Assembly (NCBI GenBank): GCA_041308845.1
Contig: JBFZAT010000022.1
Location: 2,701 to 66,700, forward strand
Length of the DNA: 64,000 bases
DNA from: Candidatus Omnitrophota bacterium
Lineage (GTDB): Bacteria > Omnitrophota > Gorgyraeia > Gygaellales > Profunditerraquicolaceae
Reading direction: 5' to 3'
In this document: positions 8,624 through 18,316 of the stretch, in pieces
How the letters are laid out: each line of letters starts with the position of its first letter
Position numbering within the stretch: position 1 is the stretch's first letter
The notes under the pieces: generated by a model
The model's database searches: none
Told to the model about the DNA's origin: nothing
Seen by the model: the letters and a program-made list of their open reading frames with translations, nothing else
Made by a program: the position numbers and the translations under genes

Positions 8624-10377
8624 GAAGTCTTAAGGCTGTTGTATTAATTTGGTTTTTTTTAGGTTTTTTCCCCCAGCTTGCTTTAGCTGAAGAAATAACC
8701 ATTATTTACAGCGGCCAGACGCATGCGATGCTTTATCCTTGTAGTTGTCCGGTTCGCCAGGATGGAGGTATTAAGCGCCGGGCAGCCCTGCTGAAAGAAT
8801 TAAGGAAAAAATGTCCTGAACTTTTACTCCTGGATTGCGGTAATTTTACTGCCGGCGGACAATTGGATGAACATACTCAAAATATCCGCTTAGACATGCA
8901 TCGTTCTGAAGTAAATTACCGGGCTTTGGAGCTTATGCAGTATGATGCGGTAGCCGTTGGTCCGGATGAATTTAATTTTGGCAGCGAGTTCTTTCTCAAA
9001 CATGCCAGATTGGCTCAGCCGGCGTATCTGAGCGTTAATTTAGATACGGATAGAGTTCTGCCTTACATCATTAAAGAATATGGAAGGATCAGGCTGGCAG
9101 TGATCGGTTTAACCGGACTGAATGCTCAGCAAAAATCCGAAGGATTGAAGGTTGGTTGGCCGGCTCAGTTACGCCAATTAGTGGCCAGGCTAAAGAAGGA
9201 AGGTGTGCAGATCCTGGTTCTTTTGAGTACCTTGGGTGAAAATCAGGATTTGCAGTTGCTCTCTGAAATACCGGAGATTGATTTAATCTTTATTGGCGAT
9301 AAACCGTTAAAAAACGAAGCACTGAGCCGGATAGGGGCAACTTTTATCCTGCGTCCATTCTGGCAAGGGCGTCGTCTCGGTGAAGTAACTTTGCAGATCC
9401 AAAACGGACGGCTTAGCGATTGTCAGCTCAAAGAGTGGACCTTATCGGAAGAAATCGGCGAAGATCCAGATGTCGCAGGAATCTTGCCGGCCTGTTATGC
9501 TGATATTCATTGCCGCAATAAGGATTTAGCGGGGAGCTGCCAAAATCCCGGCAGTTTAAATGCTACTTGTTTATTTACTAAGCCGAATAAAATTAATTTA
9601 ACTGTAATTAGTGCAGGCGACTGCCGGTTTTGCAATACCCAGGCGGTACTGGCCGGATTAAAAGATAAGTTCCCCGGGCTACTGGTAACCAATTTAGATT
9701 ATGCTGATGCCCGGGCTAGAAATCGTATTCAGTCTTTGGGGATTCAGAGCTTACCGGCTTTTATTTTTGAAAAGAGAGTAGATCAAGAGGAAAATTTTGA
9801 AAAACTCAAAAATAATTTACTATTAACCAAAAATTTTTACCTGTTAAAGCCGCAGGCCAGTGGCATCGCGTATTTTATAAAACAAAAACCTAAGCCGGGT
9901 GCTCTGGATTTATTTTTCAGCATCTTTGAGCAAGACGCTGTTTTATTATTATCTAGATTAAAGGAATTTAATCCGAGTTTGCACTTTTTAGTTACAGAAA
10001 AGAATGGTAAATTTGAGGCTAAAAACGGAACGGCTGAAATAGAGGAGTATTTACGCGCCGGTTGTGTTCAGAAATATTACCCGGAGAAATTCTGGGATTA
10101 TTTGATTTGCCGGGCCGGCAATATTCATAGTGCTTATTGGGAAGATTGTTTAGCTGTGGTTTCGGAGCCTACTGAATTTTCCGAAATTAAACAATGTGCT
10201 CAGAGTAATGAAGGAGTGGGTTTGTTAAAACAGAATATCCGCTTAAATGAACAGCTGGAGATTGTTTCCGGACCGAGTTATCTTTTGGATAACCGGGAAA
10301 TATTTTCTACTCGGGGGGTGCCCAGTCGGGAAAAGTTTAAGCAAATACTGCAAACCCAGCAGGAGATGAATAAATAA
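8620..10377 (+). CDS. secreted hypothetical protein with a degenerate 5'-nucleotidase/metallophosphoesterase-like N-domain fused to thioredoxin-like CxxC module(s)
   Basis: A signal peptide is present (VVLIWFFLGFFPQLALA). The blocks ITIIYSGQTHAM, LLLLDCGNF, YDAVAVGPDEFNFG and IDLIFIGDKP resemble calcineurin-type phosphoesterase motifs with the metal ligands replaced. The C-terminal half contains the thioredoxin-like active-site motif GDCRFCNT (CxxC). Confidence 0.45.
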   Translation: MRSLKAVVLIWFFLGFFPQLALAEEITIIYSGQTHAMLYPCSCPVRQDGGIKRRAALLKELRKKCPELLLLDCGNFTAGGQLDEHTQNIRLDMHRSEVNYRALELMQYDAVAVGPDEFNFGSEFFLKHARLAQPAYLSVNLDTDRVLPYIIKEYGRIRLAVIGLTGLNAQQKSEGLKVGWPAQLRQLVARLKKEGVQILVLLSTLGENQDLQLLSEIPEIDLIFIGDKPLKNEALSRIGATFILRPFWQGRRLGEVTLQIQNGRLSDCQLKEWTLSEEIGEDPDVAGILPACYADIHCRNKDLAGSCQNPGSLNATCLFTKPNKINLTVISAGDCRFCNTQAVLAGLKDKFPGLLVTNLDYADARARNRIQSLGIQSLPAFIFEKRVDQEENFEKLKNNLLLTKNFYLLKPQASGIAYFIKQKPKPGALDLFFSIFEQDAVLLLSRLKEFNPSLHFLVTEKNGKFEAKNGTAEIEEYLRAGCVQKYYPEKFWDYLICRAGNIHSAYWEDCLAVVSEPTEFSEIKQCAQSNEGVGLLKQNIRLNEQLEIVSGPSYLLDNREIFSTRGVPSREKFKQILQTQQEMNK

Positions 10378-10426
10378 ACTATAAAGTTGTATATTGGCCC
10401 GTTCAAACGGGAGAAAAGAGGTAATT

Positions 10427-11665
10427 ATGGCGCATAAACCAAAGATTTATCTTTTAGATGTTACTAACCGAGACGGAGTGCAGACCTCGCGCATTTGTTT
10501 ATCTAAGCTGCAAAAAACCATGATCAATTGGTATCTGGATCAGATGGGGGTTTTCCAGTCGGAATTCGGGTTTCCGCTCACTCGGCATGAAACAAACTAC
10601 TTAAACGCTAATTTGGAGTTGGTTAAGCTAGGCGGATTTTCTAAAATCAGGCTCAGCGGATGGCTGCGGGCGACTAAAGATGATGTAAAAAAAGCTTTTA
10701 AATTAGTGCCGCAGTTAAAATACCTAAATCTTTCTATTTCCACCAGTGATCAAATGATTGTGCATAAATTTAAAGGTAAATTGGATCATCAGTCGATTAT
10801 TCAGGAGATGCAAGAGTCAGTCGCCGAGGCTAAAAGATCGGGGGCGGTTTGTATCGGGGTAAACGCTGAGGATGCCTCACGTACGAATTTAGATTATTTA
10901 ATAGAATTCGCTTTGAGCGCTAAAGAGGCCGGTGCCGACCGGATCCGGTATTGCGATACTTTAGGGTGTGATACGCCTTTTAGTATTTATGAAAGAATAA
11001 ATTTACTGGCTAAAAAAGTTGGCCTTCCTGTTGAAGTGCATTGCCATAATGATTTAGGGTTAGTAGTGGCTAATTCTATCGCCGGGGCTAAAGCGGCCAG
11101 CGATGCCGGAGTGGATTCCTATATTAATACCTGTGTTAATGGTATGGGTGAGCGGGCAGGGAATGCCGATTTAGTTTCGGTAATCCTGGCGATAAAATAC
11201 GGCCAGGGCATGAGTGGTTATCTTTTGGATGAAAAAATAGATTTGAAGACCGCCTGGAAAATTTGTAAATATGCTTCTTATGCTTTTGGGGTACCGATTC
11301 CGATTAACCAGCCTGGAGTGGGGGCTAATGCTTTTGCCCATGAATCCGGCATTCACGCTGATGGGGCCCTTAAAGATCGGCGTAATTATGAACTTTATGA
11401 TTATGAGGAACTAGGCCGGGGTGAGCCGGAGATTATTGAGACTGGCCGTAAGATTACGGCCGGAGAATATTCCGGTATCAAGGGCTTTCGTAATGTTTAT
11501 GAAAAGCTGGAGGTGGCTTTTAAGGATGACGCGGAGGCTACGCGTATATTAGAGTTAGTCAGATATGCCAATGTGCATAATCAAAAACCGCTGGTGGATG
11601 ATGAGTTAAATTTTATCGCTAAGTATCCGGAGATCGCTCAGCAGATCTTTACGATGACACCTTAA
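10427..11665 (+). CDS. HMGL-like / DRE-TIM metallolyase family synthase (2-isopropylmalate/homocitrate/citramalate synthase-like)
   Basis: LLDVTNRDGVQTS is an RDGEQ-type block with Val in place of Glu. The metal-binding HCHNDLGL is present. The product is about 412 aa without a LeuA C-terminal regulatory domain. The ATG at 10427 has an AAGAGG ribosome-binding site, and the ORF-track start at 10394 is a TTG. Confidence 0.6.
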   Translation: MAHKPKIYLLDVTNRDGVQTSRICLSKLQKTMINWYLDQMGVFQSEFGFPLTRHETNYLNANLELVKLGGFSKIRLSGWLRATKDDVKKAFKLVPQLKYLNLSISTSDQMIVHKFKGKLDHQSIIQEMQESVAEAKRSGAVCIGVNAEDASRTNLDYLIEFALSAKEAGADRIRYCDTLGCDTPFSIYERINLLAKKVGLPVEVHCHNDLGLVVANSIAGAKAASDAGVDSYINTCVNGMGERAGNADLVSVILAIKYGQGMSGYLLDEKIDLKTAWKICKYASYAFGVPIPINQPGVGANAFAHESGIHADGALKDRRNYELYDYEELGRGEPEIIETGRKITAGEYSGIKGFRNVYEKLEVAFKDDAEATRILELVRYANVHNQKPLVDDELNFIAKYPEIAQQIFTMTP

Positions 11666-11701
11666 GATTTATATTTTAGCAACTCAACCGAATTTAACTA
11701 A

Positions 11702-12979
<1,278 letters not shown>

Positions 12980-12998
12980 GTGCTTGAGGATAAAACAC

Positions 12999-13027
12999 TT
13001 GACTAGTAAAATAGGTTATGTTATATT
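12999..13027 (+). promoter_or_regulatory. candidate sigma70-type promoter (TTGACT-17 nt-TATATT) upstream of the OmpA-like gene
   Basis: A near-consensus -35 (12999-13004) and -10 (13022-13027) with a 17-nt spacer lie in the 114-bp gap after purA. A GGAGGA ribosome-binding site follows before the ATG at 13094. Confidence 0.4.
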
Positions 13028-13093
13028 TAAATTTCAATAGAAATAGGTTAATCGGCTGGTTGGCGATCCGCCTGCTAAAGCCAAGGAGGAAAA

Positions 13094-13744
13094 ATGAACA
13101 ACAAATTTTTTAAAGCTGCGTTGGTTTTATTCATAACTTTTAATCTAGCTGGCTGTACTTTTATCTTCCAGGCTGGTAAACGCTCTGATGCCGAAAAAAT
13201 TGCTCAGTTGAGCGCTCAGCTGGATGAATTGGCGCGTTCCCGGAAATTACTGGAGCAAAAACTAAGTCAGGAAATCGGGGATAAGCAAATTAAGCTTCAG
13301 ATGATGGAAAAAGGGTTAGTGATTACTGTCGTGGGAGACTTAATTTTCGATTCGGGCAAAGCCAAGATCCGCCCAGAGGCCTTTGCCTTGCTTACCAAAG
13401 TTTCAGGTATCTTAAAAGATAATATGGCACAGTTCAACATTGGTATCGAAGGCCATACGGATAATGTGCCGATTAAGCAAAGTGGTTGGAAATCTAACTG
13501 GGAACTCTCTACTGCTCGGGCTTTGAGCGTCCTGCATTATTTAGCAAATGATCAAGGGGTGTCTCCGGAACGGCTCTCGGCAATCGGTTACGGAGAGTAT
13601 CGTCCAGTGGCTTCTAATGAAACTGTTGACGGCCGTAAACAAAATCGTCGGGTAGAGATAGTTATTCTGCCTAATATTACTAAAGTTAAAGGTGCTTCTG
13701 CTGGTGCTTACGGGTTAAAAGAGCCGCGAGAGAACCTCAAGTAA
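13094..13744 (+). CDS. OmpA/MotB-family peptidoglycan-binding lipoprotein
   Basis: There is a lipobox LAGC, then a coiled-coil segment, then the OmpA-like domain motifs IEGHTDNVPI ... LSTARALSV ... NRRVEIVIL. Confidence 0.7.
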   Translation: MNNKFFKAALVLFITFNLAGCTFIFQAGKRSDAEKIAQLSAQLDELARSRKLLEQKLSQEIGDKQIKLQMMEKGLVITVVGDLIFDSGKAKIRPEAFALLTKVSGILKDNMAQFNIGIEGHTDNVPIKQSGWKSNWELSTARALSVLHYLANDQGVSPERLSAIGYGEYRPVASNETVDGRKQNRRVEIVILPNITKVKGASAGAYGLKEPRENLK

Positions 13745-13783
13745 GTTTTTACCGCATTTAATTTAGGAATATAGATTAAGCAT

Positions 13784-14167
13784 ATGGATGAAGGTTTAAA
13801 GAATCGTATTGTCATCATTTTAGCGCTGTTAGCGGCGGTATTCTTTTTTAGTACGCTTAGCTCCTGTAATAATGCGCACCGGCAAAAGGCTGCGCGCGAT
13901 AAGGAGCTAGCCGCGCGTCTTGCCCTGGAAGAACAAACCAGTAAATATGTCCAGGAGAGGTTGGCTTTAGAGGAGAAAGCTAAAGCCAAAGAGGCAGAGG
14001 CGCAGGAATTAAGATTAGCCCTGGAAGCTGCCCAATCAGCTTTAGTTCAGGATCAGTTAGCTAGCCAGAGCTTAAAAGAAGATTTGCAGAAAATAACCAA
14101 GTTGAAAGAAACCCTGGAAGAAGATTTAAAACAAGCTCTGCTAAATGGAAAGAACGCTAAAAAATGA
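13784..14167 (+). CDS. hypothetical membrane-anchored coiled-coil protein
   Basis: An N-terminal TM helix (IVIILALLAAVFFF) is followed by a Glu/Ala/Lys-rich heptad-like sequence (LALEEKAKAKEAEAQELRLALEAAQ). The ribosome-binding site is weak. No recognisable catalytic motif is present. Confidence 0.4.
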   Translation: MDEGLKNRIVIILALLAAVFFFSTLSSCNNAHRQKAARDKELAARLALEEQTSKYVQERLALEEKAKAKEAEAQELRLALEAAQSALVQDQLASQSLKEDLQKITKLKETLEEDLKQALLNGKNAKK

Positions 14168-14252
14168 AATAGGGGGCAGCAGGGTATAAGTCATTGATTG
14201 TTTTATGGCCGGGGGAGATAATCCCCTTTTTTATTGGAGGAGGGAAAACTGG

Positions 14253-15230
14253 ATGAAAATATTAAAGAAATCAAAAGAAGCATTGATTAAAACCATTACT
14301 CAGGCCAAGTCTAAGTTGAAGGTAGGGTTAAAAAAGAAAACTCCGGCGATCAAGGCGGCTGTTAAACCGCCCTCTAAAGAGGTGCCTAGTTTTTATGAGA
14401 CAGCGATCGCCAATACTAAATTTTGTCATGCCCAGGATAATTATTTTGCTCCCCCCCGGCCGCAAGAACTACCGGCTTTTTATGATCAGGATAAAATAAT
14501 TTTACAGGTGCGTGATCCGCGTTGGTTGCACGCTTATTGGGAATTAAGGGACCAGACTGTCCAGGATCTTAAGAATAAATTAGGCCAGGATTTTTATCAG
14601 GCCAAAAAAGTTTTAAGGGTTTATGATGTGACGAATATTATATTCAACGGTTCCAATGCTAACCGGTTTTTTGATATCCAGATTAATAATTTCGCCAACA
14701 GCTGGTATGTAGATACTGATGGCCCCGGCCGCTCTTGGTGCGTGGATCTAGGGTTAATGCTGGCCAACGGATCTTTCATTACTATTTTACGTTCGAATGT
14801 CGTGCAAACCCCTTTAGACGGACCTTCTTGGGTTACCGACGAAGAATGGATGATCCCTGACGATATGTTCGCCCGGCTTTATGGTATGGGTTTCGGGCTG
14901 GGAAAAAGCTCTCCGGTGGGAGGCGCCTGGCAGGAACGTATCAAACAAGGATTATTTAGTTCCGGATTATCCAGTAGCCCAGTAAGAAAAGAAATTCCGG
15001 AGAGGAATTTTTGGTTAAAAGTAGACTGTGAATTGATTGTTTACGGGGCTACTGAAGCAGACGCCAAGGTGAGCGTACAAGGAATACCGATTAAATTAAG
15101 GCCCGACGGTACTTTTACCTTACGTTATTATTTACCTGACGGTAAACAAGTAATCCCGGTTAAAGCAACTTCCGCGGATAAGTTAGATCAGCGGACAATT
15201 ACTCCAATCGTAACCAGAGAAACCAAATAA
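14253..15230 (+). CDS. DUF4912-family protein (partner protein commonly encoded next to GH57 glucan branching enzymes)
   Basis: RDPRWLHAYWEL...VLRVYDVT...WYVDTDGPGRSWCVDLGL and the C-terminal FWLKVDCELIVYGATEADAKVSVQGIPIKLRPDGTFTLRYYLPDG match my recollection of DUF4912. The ATG at 14253 has a GGAGGAGGG ribosome-binding site. Confidence 0.6.
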   Translation: MKILKKSKEALIKTITQAKSKLKVGLKKKTPAIKAAVKPPSKEVPSFYETAIANTKFCHAQDNYFAPPRPQELPAFYDQDKIILQVRDPRWLHAYWELRDQTVQDLKNKLGQDFYQAKKVLRVYDVTNIIFNGSNANRFFDIQINNFANSWYVDTDGPGRSWCVDLGLMLANGSFITILRSNVVQTPLDGPSWVTDEEWMIPDDMFARLYGMGFGLGKSSPVGGAWQERIKQGLFSSGLSSSPVRKEIPERNFWLKVDCELIVYGATEADAKVSVQGIPIKLRPDGTFTLRYYLPDGKQVIPVKATSADKLDQRTITPIVTRETK

Positions 15231-15234
15231 AAGC

Positions 15235-16815
15235 ATGCCTAAAGGATACCTGTGTTTAGTATTGCATGGCCACCTGCCATTTGTGCGCCATCCCGAACAT
15301 GAAAATTTTTTAGAAGAAGATTGGCTCTATGAGGCAATTACGGAAACCTATGTACCCTTAATTTCAGTTTTTCAGGGGTTGGTTAATGACGGCATCGATT
15401 TCCGGATTACCATGACTTTAAGCCCAACGCTGATTTCTATGTTGGCTGACGGGTTGCTGCAAGAGCGTTACCTTAAGCACATTAATAAACTTATCGAATT
15501 AACCCAGAAAGAGATCGAGAGAACGAAATGGCAGCCGGATTTTAGAAATTTGGCCCAGATGTATTTTGAGAAATTTTCGCATGCTCGGGATATCTTTCAG
15601 CAATATAATTCTAACTTAGTGCAGGCTTTTAAAAAATTTCAGGACTTAGGAAAGCTGGAGATAATTACCTGCGGGGCTACGCATGGGTTTTTTCCGCTGA
15701 TGGATGTTTGCCGGGATTCGGTGCGCGCGCAGGTTAAGGTGGCGGCAGATCATTATGAACGTACATTTGGTAGAAGGCCCAGAGGGATCTGGCTACCGGA
15801 ATGCGGGTTTTGCCCGGGGCATGATGAAATACTTAAAGAAGCCGGGATCCGTTATTTTTTCACGGATTCTCACGGCATCTTACATGGGACTCCGCGTCCT
15901 AAATATGGGGTATTTGCTCCGGTTTATTGTAAAGGCACCGGGGTAGCTGCGTTTGGCCGGGATTTGGAATCCTCCAAGCAGGTTTGGTCTTCTATTGAAG
16001 GTTATCCCGGTGATTATAATTACCGGGAATTTTATCGGGATATCGGTTTCGATTTGGAGTTTGATTATATTAAACCTTATATCCACCCGGATGGAGTACG
16101 CATTAATACGGGGATAAAATATTATCGGATTACCGGAAATAATAACCATAAAGAGCCTTACCTGGAGCAGTGGGCTAAAGAACGGGCAGCCGAACATGCT
16201 GGTAATTTTATGTTTAACCGGCAAAAACAAGTCAGCTATCTTAATGATCTGATGGGGAAACCCCCGATTTTGGTTTCCCCTTATGATGCCGAGCTTTTTG
16301 GCCATTGGTGGTATGAGGGTCCTTTGTGGTTAGATTTCTTATTTCGTAAAATCGCCTGCGATCAGCAGGAATTGAGTCTGATTACTCCTTCGGAATATTT
16401 AGATCAAAATCCGCGCAATCAGGTGGTTACCCCCTCTTTTTCCAGCTGGGGTTATAAAGGTTATTCAGAGATGTGGTTACAAGGAAACAATGATTGGATT
16501 TACCGTCATTTACATATTGCCTCCGCCAGAATGACTGAATTAGCCAGGGGTAATCCCGAAGCTCAGGGGTTACGCCGTCGGGCCCTTAATCAGGCTTTGC
16601 GAGAATTGTTGTTAGCGCAAAGCTCGGATTGGGCATTTATTTTAGGTACGGGTACCCATACTAGTTATGCCATCGCTCGTACTAAAGATCACCTTTTAAG
16701 GTTCACCCGGATTTATGAAGACCTTAACTCCGGCAATATTGATGGGAATTGGCTGGCGGATATCGAATATAAAGATAATCTCTTTCCGGATATAGATTAC
16801 CAGGTTCATCAGTAG
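15235..16815 (+). CDS. glycoside hydrolase family 57 1,4-alpha-glucan branching enzyme
   Basis: The N-terminal GH57 signature GYLCLVLHGHLPFVRHPE is present in a ~526-aa product. The gene immediately follows the DUF4912 gene, and a glycogen synthase gene lies later in the window. Confidence 0.75.
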   Translation: MPKGYLCLVLHGHLPFVRHPEHENFLEEDWLYEAITETYVPLISVFQGLVNDGIDFRITMTLSPTLISMLADGLLQERYLKHINKLIELTQKEIERTKWQPDFRNLAQMYFEKFSHARDIFQQYNSNLVQAFKKFQDLGKLEIITCGATHGFFPLMDVCRDSVRAQVKVAADHYERTFGRRPRGIWLPECGFCPGHDEILKEAGIRYFFTDSHGILHGTPRPKYGVFAPVYCKGTGVAAFGRDLESSKQVWSSIEGYPGDYNYREFYRDIGFDLEFDYIKPYIHPDGVRINTGIKYYRITGNNNHKEPYLEQWAKERAAEHAGNFMFNRQKQVSYLNDLMGKPPILVSPYDAELFGHWWYEGPLWLDFLFRKIACDQQELSLITPSEYLDQNPRNQVVTPSFSSWGYKGYSEMWLQGNNDWIYRHLHIASARMTELARGNPEAQGLRRRALNQALRELLLAQSSDWAFILGTGTHTSYAIARTKDHLLRFTRIYEDLNSGNIDGNWLADIEYKDNLFPDIDYQVHQ

Positions 16816-16816
16816 T

Positions 16817-17548
16817 ATGCAGGATAATTCTCAGATTCCCAAACATGTAGCTTTTATAATGGATGGTAATGGCCGCTGGGCAAAAGAAAGAAGCTTAGCC
16901 CGGACAGTCGGTCATCGGGAGGGGGTAAAAAGGGTTCAAGAAATTATCCGGGGCGCTGCTAGTTTGGGTATTGAGACAGTAACTTTTTTTGCTTTTTCGA
17001 CGGAAAACTGGCGTAGGCCAAAAAATGAAATCAATGTTTTAATGCGCTATTTAGATCATTTCTTAAGTACAGAAGTTAAAATTTTGCATAAAAATAACAT
17101 GCGTTTTATAGTAATCGGTCGCGGCAATCCGATTCCTAAATATCTCCAGGTGAGGATTAATCAAGCCCAGGAAGAAACCAAAGGCAACACCGGTTTAAGG
17201 GTAGTTTTAGCTTTAAATTATGGAGGCCGTCAGGAAATTGTAGATGCAGCCAAAAAATTCGCCCGGGAGGTGTTGGATAAAAAAATCAACCTGGAAACGC
17301 TGAATGAGAAAAATTTCAGCCGGTATTTTTATGCTCCGGAGATCAGTGATCCGGATTTATTGATTCGCACTAGCCAGGAAATGCGGATTAGCAATTTTTT
17401 GCTCTGGCAGTTGTCTTATGCAGAGTTATATTTTTCTCCGAAGTATTGGCCGGATTTTGGGATGGAGCAGTTGAAAGAGGCGATTAGGCAATATCAACGT
17501 CGGGAGAGAAGATTCGGAGGGTTAGATGGTGGCCAAAAGAGTAATTAG
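16817..17548 (+). CDS. uppS: undecaprenyl diphosphate synthase (cis-prenyltransferase)
   Basis: HVAFIMDGNGRWA, GIETVTFFAFSTENWRRP and RISNFLLWQLSYAELYF are present. Confidence 0.9.
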   Translation: MQDNSQIPKHVAFIMDGNGRWAKERSLARTVGHREGVKRVQEIIRGAASLGIETVTFFAFSTENWRRPKNEINVLMRYLDHFLSTEVKILHKNNMRFIVIGRGNPIPKYLQVRINQAQEETKGNTGLRVVLALNYGGRQEIVDAAKKFAREVLDKKINLETLNEKNFSRYFYAPEISDPDLLIRTSQEMRISNFLLWQLSYAELYFSPKYWPDFGMEQLKEAIRQYQRRERRFGGLDGGQKSN

Positions 17549-18314
17549 TTCTGCCGTATTGATCAGCCTGATTTGCATCTTGATTTTTTTCGATTGGCTT
17601 TGCAGTTTATTCGTAGTTTTGTTTATTGTAGGCGGACTATATGAATATTTTGCGATGTTGGAAAAAAAAGGAATATGTATTTATAAATATTTCGGTATCG
17701 GTATCGGGACGATTATTCCTTTATCGATTATGTTCAAGTTTGAGCCGACTAAAAGTTGGGAATTATTGTTTATTGTTTTAGCGCTGTTCTTTTTGATCTT
17801 GATGCAATTTAAGCGTCGGGATAGCTCCGGGGTGATTGTGGATATTTCTACCACGCTTTTTGGTATCCTTTACGTTTCTTGGTTCTTTAGCTTTATAATT
17901 AAGATTAGATATCTTCCGCAGGGGTTAGGTTATCTGGCGGCTTTATTATTAATTACTAAATTAGGGGATATCGGCGCGTATTTGATCGGTAGCAGGTGGG
18001 GTAAAAGGCTTTTAATTCCGCGGATCAGCCCTAAAAAGACCATAGAAGGATCACTGGGAGGTTTATTCTTTAGTATCCTGGGAGGATTAGCCTGCAAGTC
18101 CTTTTTGCCTTTTGACTATCTCCAGTTAGTGATTATTTCTGCAGGCTTAGGAATTCTGGGCCAGTTGGGGGATCTATCTGAATCTTTACTGAAACGGGAT
18201 TGTCAGGTTAAAGATTCCGGGACCATTTTCCCCGGTATGGGAGGTATCTTAGATGAGATTGATAGCCTGCTTTTTACCGCCCCGGTGTTTTATTTTATTT
18301 TAGCGCGACTATAA
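17526..18314 (+). CDS. cdsA: phosphatidate cytidylyltransferase (CDP-diglyceride synthase)
   Basis: This is a polytopic membrane protein with the C-terminal CdsA signature region SLLKRDCQVKDSGTIFPGMGGILDEIDS. Confidence 0.8.
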   Translation: MVAKRVISSAVLISLICILIFFDWLCSLFVVLFIVGGLYEYFAMLEKKGICIYKYFGIGIGTIIPLSIMFKFEPTKSWELLFIVLALFFLILMQFKRRDSSGVIVDISTTLFGILYVSWFFSFIIKIRYLPQGLGYLAALLLITKLGDIGAYLIGSRWGKRLLIPRISPKKTIEGSLGGLFFSILGGLACKSFLPFDYLQLVIISAGLGILGQLGDLSESLLKRDCQVKDSGTIFPGMGGILDEIDSLLFTAPVFYFILARL

Positions 18315-18316
18315 TA

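Noticed and set aside
15704-15946. 80-aa + strand ORF inside the GH57 gene in another frame, and similar internal ORFs at 12399-12644 and 31635-31826
   Set aside because: They are fully nested in strongly supported genes, with no ribosome-binding site and Arg/Gly-rich off-frame composition. They are spurious.
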